The notes under the pieces are model-generated. The model had not been told where the DNA came from. It searched no databases and saw only the letters and a list, made by a program, of their open reading frames with translations. A DNA stretch of 63,738 nucleotides, filler included, from Octopus bimaculoides (Eukaryota): NCBI RefSeq assembly GCF_001194135.2. It is 9 parts of 8 records of this genome, joined end to end, with 100 filler letters (N's around TTAATTAATTAA, not from the genome) between each part and the next. Parts side by side here need not be neighbours in the genome. Positions count along the whole stretch, not along the records: positions 1 to 15,831 come from NC_068994.1; positions 15,932 to 28,564 come from NC_069000.1; 7 more parts are not named here. The stretch is one strand, 5' to 3'. Shown here one piece after another: positions 12,690-24,580 of the stretch. The position numbers and the translations under genes are program-made. How positions within the stretch are numbered: position 1 is the first letter of the stretch; each line of letters starts with the position of its first letter.

Positions 12690-12871
12690 TTGTCCCTTCT
12701 CCAATTGCTAAATGTCCTTTAAATTTGAAATTGTTGATATGACATGGTATGTCATAAGTGTCTGTATATTGTGTTTTTTGTCAATTTAGTTATAAAATAA
12801 ACAGATTAATCAACGGAATACAGTGTCTGCAAGTTGATGAGTACCTCATATTCCCCTCCATTTTCTTATTG

Positions 12872-12906
<35 letters not shown>

Positions 12907-13391
12907 TACATATACAGTAAAAAATTTTCTATGCATGCATGTATATGTCAGGTTGCTTGACACCACTGCTAATAACATGTAAGTCTGTATATTCTATTGC
13001 ATGCTCTGGACATCGGTGCATGAACTGTTAACCCCGAAATGCCTGTTTGGTGGACAGGGGGATTTAGGAACCCTGCAGGATGAAAAACAAACCTGTCAAA
13101 GAGTGGATGAACTCCAGGAAGTCAATGACCATCCAGTAATGTGTATCTATGTTCACTGTGTGGGTGACTAGTGACATGTTTTCTTTTATTCAAATGAAAC
13201 ATGGAAGAAATAAGTAAATTTCATCTCCACAGATTCGAGGTTGGTGGCAGCAGGTTAATGGGAACAACAGGTGCCGGTGGTTATATACTGTCATGTTGGG
13301 ATAGAAGCTATGATGGAGGGCAAAGATCTGGAACGACGTTTTATAATCTGAACACACACCATATTAGATGGTAATGTGAGGTCTGGAGAAG

Positions 13392-13580
13392 GCGGTGAGC
13401 TGGCGAAATGCTTAGCGGCACTTCGTCTGTCCTTACGCTTTGAGTTCAAATACCGCTGAGGTTGACTTCGCCTTTCATCCTTTCAGGGTCGTTAAAATAA
13501 GTATCAGTTGAGCACTAAGGTCGATTTAATCGATTTACCCCTACCCCAAACTGGCTGGCCTTGTACCAAAATTTGAAATC
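13392..13580 (+). mobile_element. SINE family C
   Basis: GGCGGTGAGCTGGCGAAA..GAGTTCAAAT (B-box-like)..GCCTTTCATCCTTTCAGGGTCG..GGCCTTGTACC; homologs at 60625 and 60954. Confidence 0.8.
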
Positions 13581-14344
13581 AATCCCTTTAACTATTTTAG
13601 TAGTCACTTATATTCGTATAAAAGTTCAGTTGTCTAGATTATCTTGCCATAGGGCATACTGTATACGAATTAAAGAGTGAGTGTGCGCAACTCTTTCTCA
13701 CTTTAAAGTACACTTTCATTACTTTAGCATCTACGTCTAACGGGGCACATAATTTACTGACCCGAACTGAAAGGTCAAATAGTTTTGTTGTGGAGGCTGG
13801 GATATTTCTGCATATCTGCAACAATGAAATAGCGCCACGTCCGTAGTTTCAGGCACACAAGTGTAACATGTGCAGGTACGCTGGCGTCTTTCTGACCCCC
13901 GCCACCACATGACTGTGTTCCTTGAAGTGCTGTGTAGTCAGTCGTAGGAAAGGCATCTACGCAAATACACACACACACACACAACAACAACAACAACACA
14001 CACACACACACATATATATCGTAATATGTAGATGTAATCGCATATGTTACCTTCTTAGTTTCTTTGTTTTGCCAGAGGCAGCTATGATTCTTTGGTCCCC
14101 TATATAGATGTGTTCTTTGTTTAGGTCGCGTATAGTTAAACTCATTATTTTCATTGAGCACAAAAATAGCGAACATAACTTTAAGCATCTTTCTTTTTCT
14201 CTTCTTTTATTTATTTTTGCCAGTTGTTCGGTCAGCGTCAACTTTGACGGACAAACTTTCATCGTTGCCATGTATGCATACATATATGTATGTGTGTGTG
14301 TGTGCGTATGTGTGTGTGTGCATGCCTCTGTGTGTATGTGTGTG

Positions 14345-14377
<33 letters not shown>

Positions 14378-14821
14378 GCGTGTCTGTGTGTGTGTGTGTG
14401 TGTGTAGGTCTCTATACAATAAATTGAATTAATTAAATTAAGTTACAGTATAATGACGACTTTAAACTCCCAGATGAATTGAATACTTTCGTTTGTTGAA
14501 TTTTATTAAAACAGCAGCAGTGTGTGTGNNNNNNNNNNNNNNNNNNNNNNNNNNNNNNNNNNNNNNNNNNNNNNNNNNNNNNNNNNNNNNNNNNNNNNNN
14601 NNNNNNNNNNNNNNNNNNNNNNNNNNNNNNNNNNNNNNNNNNNNNNNNNNNNNNNNNNNNNNNNNNNNNNNNNNNNNNNNNNNNNNNNNNNNNNNNNNNN
14701 NNNNNNNNNNNNNNNNNNNNNNNNNNNNNNNNNNNNNNNNNNNNNNNNNNNNNNNNNNNNNNNNNNNNNNNNNNNNNNNNNNNNNNNNNNNNNNNNNNNN
14801 NNNNNNNNNNNNNNNNNNNNN

Positions 14822-14889
<68 letters not shown>

Positions 14890-15520
14890 AAATGTCTGAA
14901 TATATTTGTGTAGATGAGCAATTCGATGGATTGATATTCCGTAGTGATGAAACGCTGCTCTTTGTCAAAGTCCACTTCAGTTCCCATGTGATGGACATCT
15001 CTGATGGGCATTTTATTTTTATTCCATTGTTTCTTTTGCTCTTTAGAATCGATGTGTTTCACTGTTTTGTATGTAATATTAACCCTGGCATTAACTGTAG
15101 AACTAGAATTGCAGTCTACAGCATAAGGTGCATAGAAGGTGCATACACACACACAAATGCACATACACACACACATACATACATATACAAATACAAACAC
15201 AAACACGCACGCACACACACACGTACGCACACACACATACATACATACATACATACATACAGACATACATACACAAGCACACGCACGCTGACGCACACAC
15301 ACACGCACGCGACAAAATCTCAAACAGACAAAAAGAACGCAGCTCCGATAACGGACACGAACAGATTCAACATTCATTGACAAGGCTGCAAAAGCAACGA
15401 AAATTTTGGCATACACAAAAAATAAATAATAAATGAGAGGAAATTGAACCGGTGAGTGTGTTAGATATTAAGGCAGTATGACTCTCCCTAAACTCAACAA
15501 AATATATATACAAATATAAC

Positions 15521-15826
15521 TGGCACTCTGTCAGTTACGATGACGAGGTTTCCAGTTGAGTCGAGGAACAGCCTGCTCGTGAAATTAACGTGCAAGTGGC
15601 TGAGCACTCCACAGACACGCGCACCCTTAACGTAGTTCTCAGGGAGATTCAGCGTGATACAGAGTGTGACAAGGCTGGCCCTTTGAAATACAAGCACTAC
15701 TCATTTTTGCCAACTGAATGGACTGGAGCTACGTGAAAAAGAAAGCGTCTTGCTCAAGGAGACAATGCGTCGCCGGGAATTGAACTCACGACCTTACAAT
15801 CGTGAGACGAATACCCTAACCACTAT
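15521..15826 (-). mobile_element. SINE family B2
   Basis: Shared 3' module; the minus strand ends in a tRNA-like head (TAGTGGTTAGGG..GAGTTCAATTCCC). Confidence 0.85.
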
Positions 15827-16189
15827 ATATANNNNNNNNNNNNNNNNNNNNNNNNNNNNNNNNNNNNNNNNNNNNTTAATTAATTAANNNNNNNNNNNNN
15901 NNNNNNNNNNNNNNNNNNNNNNNNNNNNNNNGTTCGCTATCTTCGATCTGACAGAGACGACAGTGAAATATATACATCGTAACGACTGAGAATAATTTTT
16001 ATAGCTTCTCTAAGCTTTTCGTTAAGTAACAGATCTTTTTTTCGACGAGAGTAGGCTTTAAAAAAAAACCCACCATGATAGATGATGAAACCTTCACCAC
16101 AGCTGTGGAAAAGCAGAATAAGGAGACGGCACTAGCCTTCATAATAGGCTACTGCTACAAGATGTTGAATTTTTATATAATGTCACTTA

Positions 16190-17045
16190 TATACATATTC
16201 CAAGAAAACTTTGGAAGACCAGATTGACATGCCGAACTGGCTTGCCATAGTACGTACAAATGTTGTAGCCAAGAGTAAAATCACTGAATCGCTGCCGTAA
16301 CAGAGAACTATAGGGCCATAATCTACCTTAATATGTTTGAACCAATTTCTCCAAGACTATTGTGAGTCTAATGATATAGTCACTGATGAGTAAGCGATGG
16401 AAAGTAAAATCCGCAAGATCCTGACATCGACTGCAAACTTCCACAGAAACAATATTGAGAGACCTTGTCTCAAAAGAAGAGAGAGAGAGAGAGGAAGAAG
16501 CTTAAGATCAATGCAAATAGTCTTTGAATCTTATGTGCTATCACTTAAACAGAACCTGTTAAACAATGGCAACAAAAATAAATAAATCAACCAAGTGCTC
16601 AAAGATTTAGTGAATAACACCATGCGAGTCAGCAGTGAACTCCTCAAAAAACATTCACTTCCTGACGACCTCTCATGTAAACTCAGAAATGCAGTACTAG
16701 CCTACCTCGGCGAAGACTTGCAAGAGAAGCAGTATGTATACCACAAAAAAGTGATGCATGGTATGTTTTCTATAAACTCGAGAAGGATGTTAATACTAAA
16801 ATGAAATGTTTCGTCGCTTGAACTCATGACCGCTACATCATGTCACGTCTTGAACGATATGCTTTTGCAATCCAAGCGCAGGATATAGCTGCAAAATACA
16901 TGAACAAACGAGACACTAGCGCACTTAAACTCCTACGATGTCACCGGAAATGTCGATTATGTTTCTCTTCTATCGAGGATATAAGATGTGTAGATAGCAG
17001 CTACCCCAAAAATTTAATCGTGATACTACCTCTCTTTACAAAATG
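16190..17045 (+). pseudogene. Decayed RLE-type non-LTR retrotransposon fragment (RT C-terminus to CCHC; R4/Dong-like)
   Basis: KIRKILTSTANFHRN..ERERGRSLRS, VMHGMF and RLERYAFAIQAQDIAAKY..KCRLC..EDI in broken frames. Confidence 0.7.
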
Positions 17046-17110
17046 AAGGGTTTTTTTTTTTCATATATAAAACAATGTAAAATGTCATCTGTAGAAAAGA
17101 CTGCTCTAAG

Positions 17111-17143
<33 letters not shown>

Positions 17144-17341
17144 TGTNNNNNNNNNNNNNNNNNNNNNNNNNNNNNNNNNNNNNNNNNNNNNNNNNNNNNN
17201 NNNNNNNNNNNNNNNNNNNNNNNNNNNNNNNNNNNNNNNNNNNNNNNNNNNNNNNNNNNNNNNNNNNNNNNNNNNNNNNNNNNNNNNNNNNNNNNNNNNN
17301 NNNNNNNNNNNNNNNNNNNNNNNNNNNNNNNNNTATATATG

Positions 17342-17387
<46 letters not shown>

Positions 17388-17439
17388 ATTTCGCTAAGGC
17401 ATTGCGAAAGGAATAAACGATTATCTTACGAACTTCATT

Positions 17440-17520
17440 AGCTTACAGCTGTTTCTGCTATGAGATGCAGTGGACTCACAGTTTAGTGCTTGAGTAACAC
17501 CATATAGCTTCATCAGAGCC
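17440..17520 (-). ncRNA. Minimal type-I hammerhead ribozyme, intact core
   Basis: Minus strand: GGCT-CTGATGA-A-GCTAT..ATAGC-A-GAAAC-AGCT-GTA-AGCT; palindromic stem III ACAGCTGT, GUA cleavage triplet; homolog at 63584. Confidence 0.75.
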
Positions 17521-17589
17521 TCGAATATGAAGAGCAGTTTATTGGAGGAAAAAAAATTACATTTGTAAGTTTTTCCCAAATAATTATAA

Positions 17590-17780
17590 GCCGGTGTTGG
17601 TGTGTTTACATCCCCGTAATTTAGTGGCTCGGTAAAAGAGACCAAAAGAATAAGTACCAGTTTTTTTTTTTAAATTAAGTACTGGGATCGATTTATTTAA
17701 CTTAAAATCCTTCAAGACAGTGCCCCCGACATGACCGCAGTCTAATAAGCGAAATAAGTAAAAGATAAAAGATAAAGCCA
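17590..17780 (+). mobile_element. SINE family A, 3' half with (TAAAAGA)n tail
   Basis: GGTGTGTTTACATCCCCGTAA..GACCGCAGTCT..GTAAAAGATAAAAGATAA; reverse complement of the 20141 body. Confidence 0.75.
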
Positions 17781-18943
17781 ATAAGTAATATCACATTCCC
17801 CCATCTTAAACAAGCTTCTAAAATCTTTCCGTAATGACCAATACAAATTTCAAAACACACGTATCGGTTCAATGATTTATGTCAGTGTTGGGGTTCTTTT
17901 TAGTGATCTTTATTCAAGGAATGGGATCTTTTCTATTTGGTTACCACTTTTCAATTTCTTCATTTTTTGTTCCAATTGATCTCATATTTGGTGTAATGAT
18001 GTAGCTTGGTATTGTAGTCATTGACATGAAATTCATTTTCGCCATAAATCAATTAATAAAATCAATTTTAAAGTTTTGCAAATTATAGATAGTTTTAACC
18101 AGTCGAAAGCCACAGGCATATAGGTGCTTGTTTCCATTGTAACAAGCCAAGTTGCTTACCAATGTGTTCTTTTTGTCGCTTGTTAAATGCTTGAAACACA
18201 TGAGATATGAGGTGGTCATTTGTTTACAATTGACAATACGTGCAGTCACGCACAAAATTACAGCTTCTAAATCAAACTTTAAACCTCTAATTTCTTTTTC
18301 TGGAAAAGGGGAATTTGCCCCTGAGATTCAGCGTGGAAAATTACATCAATACACCAAATTTTAAAATCTTCACTAGATTTTTTTAAAGATTTCCAAACAG
18401 AAAAGATCCAAGGAATTATTAAGTCATGCTTTTTGATCCATACCAGTAAAAATAAACACTGGTTCAGACACAATATTCACAGATGCATATACGCATGCAT
18501 CTGTACGCGTTCAGGTTTAATGTTACGTCAAGTTTAAACTCCTTCAATATAACATTGAACATGAACACCGGAAAATGCTACCCTTACAGAAAGGCATAGA
18601 AAGTGTCGTTATATATAAATATAAACTCTGATCACTCACCACCAATAATCAAAAGATTAATCAGCAATATAAACCGAAGAAACACAAATTAGCAAACGTC
18701 ACTCAACCATAAAATACCATTTACAGTACGGGACACTCCCAAAGTCTCCCATAAACGCATGCGTCTTTAATTAGTTTAACAGATTAATTTGAAAAGCAAT
18801 TTCACATCCAATAGTAATAATAAGGAAGCAACACAACAAACAGCCCCGAACCCCCTTCAGTAGCAAAATGCTCACACAAACAAACAAGTTTCTGAAATTT
18901 TCTAACCTTGACTAATACAAAATTCACATTAAGAAAATAAGTC

Positions 18944-19046
<103 letters not shown>

Positions 19047-19248
19047 AATACAATACGAAACTTACACCCAGTTCTAATCAACGAAATAAACTTGATCAAT
19101 AAACAAACAATTTTAATTAGATTAACAGATAAACTCAAAAATAAACTGCCCAATAGAAATAACGCGACGAAACGAAATGTGAATACCCAAACACGTCATA
19201 CCTAGCAAATACAAGGCCGGAAATAATAAAAAAGCAACAACAACAACG

Positions 19249-19298
<50 letters not shown>

Positions 19299-19440
19299 CA
19301 TAATAATAATAATAATTTCGTTTTATTGGCCACAAGGGCTAATATCAATCAAAAACATGTAAGGACAAAGACAGGACGAAGGTTACAAAAGGTTTTGTCC
19401 GAAAAAGTAGAAAAATAATAATAATGATAGTACGTGGCAA

Positions 19441-19617
19441 CAAATTGGGGCTACAATAAGGGTGGAGCACTTCCAGAAACCAGCACTGTTTGGAACCACT
19501 CGAATACTCCGGAAGGTGGTCGAAAAATAAGAGGTGTTACCTTAGTTCAATGGTAGTGAACAGCTGATGCTGTAGTACATCTCCAGCTTTAGAAGCTGCG
19601 CAAAGGCAATAATAATA

Positions 19618-19649
<32 letters not shown>

Positions 19650-19650
19650 A
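19441..19650 (+). mobile_element. 3' end of an R4/Dong-like non-LTR element within trinucleotide microsatellite DNA
   Basis: QIGATIRVEHFQKPALFGTTRILRKVVEK* (19441-19530), short UTR, then an (AAT)(GAT)n tail; a long (AAT)n lies upstream. Confidence 0.65.
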
Positions 19651-19784
19651 GCCAATCAAGCGGCACAAAACAACAGTCAACCAACAGACGAAAAAAAAAC
19701 AAACAAACCAATGAACAGGTACGAATAAGAAACCACATCCACATCAACATATATCAATAAATCACCACACCAACTTGTAAGAGT

Positions 19785-19828
19785 TTACTCCTGAAGATCG
19801 CAGCGACGTGAAATTCGAGTCACGAGTT
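19785..19828 (+). ncRNA. Degenerate hammerhead-like motif
   Basis: CTGAAGA-TCGCAGCGACGT-GAAA-TTCGA-GTC; near-palindromic stem III ATTCGAGT; stem I out of register. Confidence 0.35.
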
Positions 19829-20140
19829 TAAATAAACCGTATACTCTACAGCATATATTGAGTACTCATTTCTCATTCCTTCGACACAATTCAACGCCTG
19901 TACACATAGACGTGCGTGTGTGCGTGCACACTCGCACGCTCGCACATACACACATGCACACGATGCACATCTGCACAGTTTCTGAAAACCAGTTTCCGCT
20001 CACAAAATATTGGTCAGCCCGAAGCTAGGGTAGATGATACAAGCCCAGAGTGCTGCACTGTGTTATCGAACCCCAATCCATGTGGTTGCGAAGCGAACTT
20101 CTTATACATAAGCATAGGTGATTGCGCTTACACTCTTTGC

Positions 20141-20385
20141 TCTCTTTTACTCTTTTACTTGTTTCAGTCATTTGACTGCGGCCATGCTGGAGCACCGCCT
20201 TTAGTCGAGAAAATCGACCCCAGGACTTATTCTTTGTAAGCCTAGTACTTATTCTATCGGTCTCTTTTGCCGAACCGCTAAGTTACGGGGGCGTAAACAC
20301 ACCAGCATCGGTTGTCAAGCGATGTTGGGGGGACAAACACAGACACACAAACATATACACACACATACATACATATATATATATA

Positions 20386-20450
<65 letters not shown>

Positions 20451-20607
20451 GACGGGCTTCTTTCAGTTTCCGTCTACCAAATCCACTCACAAGGCTTTGG
20501 TCGGCCCGAGGCTATAGTAGAAGACACTTGCCCAAGGTGCCACGCAGTGGGACTGAACCCGGAACCATGTGGTTCGTAAGCAAGCTACTTACCACACAGC
20601 CACTCCT
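20141..20607 (-). mobile_element. Full-length SINE family A (tRNA head, unique region, internal (TA)n/(TG)n, body, (TAAAAGAG)n tail)
   Basis: Minus strand begins AGTGGCTGTGTGGTAAG..GGTTCAGTCCC (A/B-box-like); cleanest copy of a family with about 10 copies in the window. Confidence 0.9.
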
Positions 20608-21374
20608 ACCGCCTATGCCCATATATTACATTAGGTATGACGAACCACAGTGCAGCTGCTCTTTTCATTCATGGGCTTAACGCCTTCTTGTTTTTATTAA
20701 GTTCGATCAGAGTACAATGCCAACCAGCCCACGTTTATACTGAGATTTAGTGCATCCAAAAGTGCCTGTTAACATCCTTTGCGTGGGAAGAAACAATTAA
20801 AACACTCTACGTTTTCCGGATGCCCTCCTACTTTAGCTAGTGATAACGTGCAGATATTACTTTTACCAACATTCTACATACAACTGGCGTGTCTCCTGTA
20901 TTCCGGCTCTACTTGATTTTTAGTAATTAGTACGCTGAGGCTATATCCTTTGTACCGCATAAACATTAGTTCATTTACAAATTACTGGTTCATTTTTCGA
21001 ACGGCTGTGGAATTCATACTGTCGTCGTTGGCGTCCTTATATTGCGTTTTATACGCCTTTACGTCGAGCATGCTTTTCCTTCTTCTTTTTTTTTCCGGTA
21101 GTTTTCACTTCCTCTGTGGTTTCCATTACGACCCCATTGTCACAAGACGATAGCGTAATATATTTGGTTGGGAGACGAGAGGGCTTCTTCCGTTCATTGG
21201 GTTCTGGAACTGAGGACAAGACGGTTTCTCCAAACCCTTGCAGAGTTAGAAACAGTGCTGCTTACCGATGTTGCTGTTGATTACTCTCCTCTTCCCTCTC
21301 CTCTCGCTGTTACTTTTGGCTATAGCAAGAGGAAGAGGTTATTCGGTTTTGGGGTTAGGTCCTGGCACTACAAA

Positions 21375-21419
21375 TTACAGAACTAAGACATGTGATGTAC
21401 CGAAGACTGATGTCTGCAG
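21375..21419 (-). pseudogene. Possible 3' ORF end of an RLE-type non-LTR element
   Basis: LQTSVFGTSHVLVL* resembles the terminal motif at 19441-19530; short match only. Confidence 0.3.
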
Positions 21420-22290
21420 TTGTTTTCTCTATTGCTTTCATTACTTTTTTATTTTCTCCAGATTTTCAGAGCGAAAAGCTTTCAAATGATTCATGTGTCC
21501 ACAAGTATAGCAATTGCACTTTTTGCCTTACACCATTTATTTCATGCTTTTCGTCTGGGCCGACGACGGGGTACAGCTCTGGTATGGCTCCGTGATTTTC
21601 GAAGATAATTAGGACTTGTCAGTCCATTCTGAACCTTCCTGACCGCATATTGCCCCTCCTTTCCTTGCATTGACCACTTCCCTACATTGCAATACAAAGG
21701 TAGCAACAAATTTAATTTGTGTGAAAATATTTTTGTCGCTTTGAAACCGCGACCTGCTCACTGACAAAACCACGCTGCAATTGTTTTCGTTTCAGCACAC
21801 GATCTCAGATCAAGTCACTTGCTATGCAAGTACATCACCATGACGATATAGAATAACTGTTTACAAACAACAGCATGTGACTAACGACGTGTCAATGTCG
21901 ACATAAGTTTATTCTAAAGACGAAATAGAAAGAAATTTGGTGTAAAATATGTTCAACATCTTAGATCACTTTCGTAGCTATTTAAATATCATAGTCTATT
22001 TTAGGCTTGTTGTCATAAGCTTTTTTTCTATGTTGTGAACACTTATCCAAAATATCTAATTTCAGGCCGTTAAAGGGTAACTTCGTTTGTTTGGAACAAA
22101 ATAATTCTCTAGTTTTACACCATTAAATACACTTTTCTTGTATATTTACTTAAGGATTCCTTTGCTATAATTCGGTAAACTGCGACGAGACAAGGCCGCT
22201 GTTGGGCAACACAAGTGAGAGCGAATTATATCTGAAGTTGTCTTCCGCACTAAGCAAGGTTAAAAAATAAAAAAAATAAAAAATTATATT

Positions 22291-22367
22291 CGTCCCTGGA
22301 TGGGCTTCAGCCATCAACGCTTCGGTTAGCAGCCGAACGCTTAATGACGTCTCTGTCGCGCAGAGAC
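22291..22367 (-). pseudogene. tRNA-Asn-derived pseudogene with a rearranged D arm
   Basis: GTCTCTG..TTCGG-CTGCTAA-CCGAA..GATGG-CTGAAGC-CCATC-CAGGGACG followed by T-runs. Acceptor, anticodon and T stems pair as in tRNA-Asn; anticodon reads GCT; T-loop degenerate. Confidence 0.75.
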
Positions 22368-22483
22368 GACATTGATCGAAAGTTAATATTATTTTAGGGC
22401 TAACAAAGAGAAATAAATAATATAATGCAATAGCCATCGACTAATTTGTTTTTTTTTTTCGGTGCATCGTTTATCCTAAATTG

Positions 22484-22516
<33 letters not shown>

Positions 22517-22584
22517 AGTTACTGATTAAGGAACAAGGAAATTTTGAACGAAGTGGTTTTGATGATACCAATTGGTATTTTATA

Positions 22585-22760
22585 TACCAAGGTGCCACGC
22601 AGTGGGACTGAACCCGGAACCATGTGGTTCGTAAGCAAGCTAGGTTACGGTGACGTAAACATACCACCATCGGTTGTCAAGCGATGTTTGGGGGGGGGGA
22701 CAAACACAGATACACAAGCATATACACACACATGCATATATATATATATACATATATAAG
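22585..22760 (-). mobile_element. Rearranged SINE family A fragment (head piece joined to body piece)
   Basis: CCAAGGTGCCACGCAGTGGGACTGAACCCGG is directly followed by GGTTACGGTGACGTAAAC..GACAAACACAG. Confidence 0.7.
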
Positions 22761-23751
22761 CCTCAAAGTTATGCAGCTATTTTGTCTAATAGCCTTCATT
22801 CATTCAATAAATAATTGTTTTTACCTAACATATATAGAATAAACTGTGGGTTTTGCAAATAGCGAATTAAAACTTGAAATGAAAACATTAAAATGAATAT
22901 ATATTAAATTATCATTAATGAAAATAGAGGCGAGAAAGAGTGAGACTGTTGCAAATGAAAAACGAAAATCCGACGAGCGCACACTCTAGACGTAACAACC
23001 GGGAACTGACGAGACACAACGGCGCAAAAATTTTCCTGCATTCACAGAAAGGGTGGCGTCACCTCCACCCAAAGGATTTTTCCCACGTAGCATTAACTTT
23101 GGCGGGGGAAAATAAAGTTGGATACTTTGTGAACGCACCTCGTATGTATGTATTATATTTGTATATGTTTATACTCAAAGCATTCACTTATTGACCGGCT
23201 TTTTACACTGTAAGTTCAGATCACGTTGAGTTCAGCCCTACCATCCATCTGGGTTGGGAAAGTAAGTACCATGACTAGTGTTATGGTAAATTTCTCCCCT
23301 TGGTGAAAATTTTCACTTACCCAGCGGGAAAATTTACTGATTCTGTATTGTCTTTTCTTTTTATTTTTTCCTTTCAATTATAATTTTTAAAACCTCGGAG
23401 AAGAAAATTTAGAAATAAACCAATTTTGTAAAAAAAAAAAAAAAGGATTTTTTTTTTTGCGTTATTTTGGTGGATTAAACGATCTGTATTTTTAATTACT
23501 ATGTTACTTAATGGGGTGATCTAATTCAGAAGACTGTATTATGTGCTACTTTTATTGTTCTTGTTATTTGATCTTAAAATAATAATGTTTAAAAAGTATA
23601 TATTTTTTTTAATTTCCTCTTTGTCGGTTGTTTTATTATGGTAGAAGTTTTATTATGGTGTACTCATATTACAGAAGAAAACAGAACTGAGTGCAAATTT
23701 ACTTTCAAAATGTTGCTAGTGGGTAAATAGAACGAAAATGGTTATGTAGAA

Positions 23752-24015
23752 CAGTAATTCTCAACCATTTTTTTTTTCTACCTATGGACCTCTTTGATTC
23801 CCACTTCACTTTAGTCGACTCTCATCGTCTTTTGATATTTAAAAAAAAAAATCCTATTATGTTTTTATGATTAAATATTGTTAGGAATTGTATGAAAATT
23901 TGTCAAAATATTTTGTATATTATAGAAATATAACCAACTTATTGCATCTAAGCTTTAAAAACAAACTTTTATATGAACCTCCGAGGGCCGTATGGACCCC
24001 AGTCGAGAACCACTG
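23752..24015. mobile_element. hAT (Charlie-like) MITE, 264 bp, with 8-bp TSD
   Basis: TIRs CAGTAATTCTCAAC / GTCGAGAACCACTG; flanks ATGTAGAA (23744-23751) and ACGTAGAA (24016-24023). Confidence 0.85.
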
Positions 24016-24532
24016 ACGTAGAACATCATTAGTAAGAGATTTAGTTGATATTTCTAGCAGTTCGAGTGACCACATAGGGACTCTCTGATACCAAACAGCC
24101 CGTGACCGTTCTTGGTTCTATGGCTCAGACTTCCTGCATTAAGTGATTAAAACTTCCCATTAAAGTTTCATGTTCATTTATGGTTGTAACATCAGCCTAA
24201 TAATGACGAAATTATTTGACTATTTTCTTCATTATTTTCGGAATTAATAGAAAGAAAAACTGTTTTTCAACAGAAATATGGTCAAAAAAAAAAAAAAAAA
24301 GATTAAAACTGAATTTGAATCATAAAACTTGGGATGGTCTTTGGCGTCTTGATATCATGAAGATCAATTATAATTCTGCTCTGATACAACGTACCTATTT
24401 TTATATAGTTTGTCATCTATTGGAAAGCGGCAAGCTGGCGAAACCGTTAGCACGCTGAAAAATATGCTGAACAGTAGTTCGTCCGTACATTATTTACATT
24501 TGACGGATATTTATCCTCATCTTGTTTGTTGC

Positions 24533-24580
24533 TAACACAACGTTTCAGGTGGTAGACCCTCCAGCCTTCATCAAGTGTCT
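24533..24580 (-). ncRNA. Minimal hammerhead ribozyme-like motif (C3U) in a PLE-terminus-like fragment
   Basis: Minus strand: ACAC-TTGATGA-AGG(C)TGG-AGGGTCTA-CCACCT-GAAAC-GTT-GTGT. Confidence 0.6.

Noticed and set aside
13639-13930. GC-richer stretch with short ORFs
   Set aside because: No motif, splice pair or homology recognised
14890-15140. ~84-codon open minus-strand frame between microsatellites
   Set aside because: No convincing splice donor and no recognisable domain
16383-16410. CTGATGA..GAAA
   Set aside because: No stems or GUH triplet; lies inside a LINE coding fragment
17800-18480. Possible Penelope RT remnant (IPFL..) on the minus strand
   Set aside because: Too decayed to call with defined boundaries
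22930-23400. CpG-rich stretch and a minus-strand GTAAGT donor, suggesting a promoter or first exon
   Set aside because: No independent support; CpG richness is common outside the MEGF8 contig
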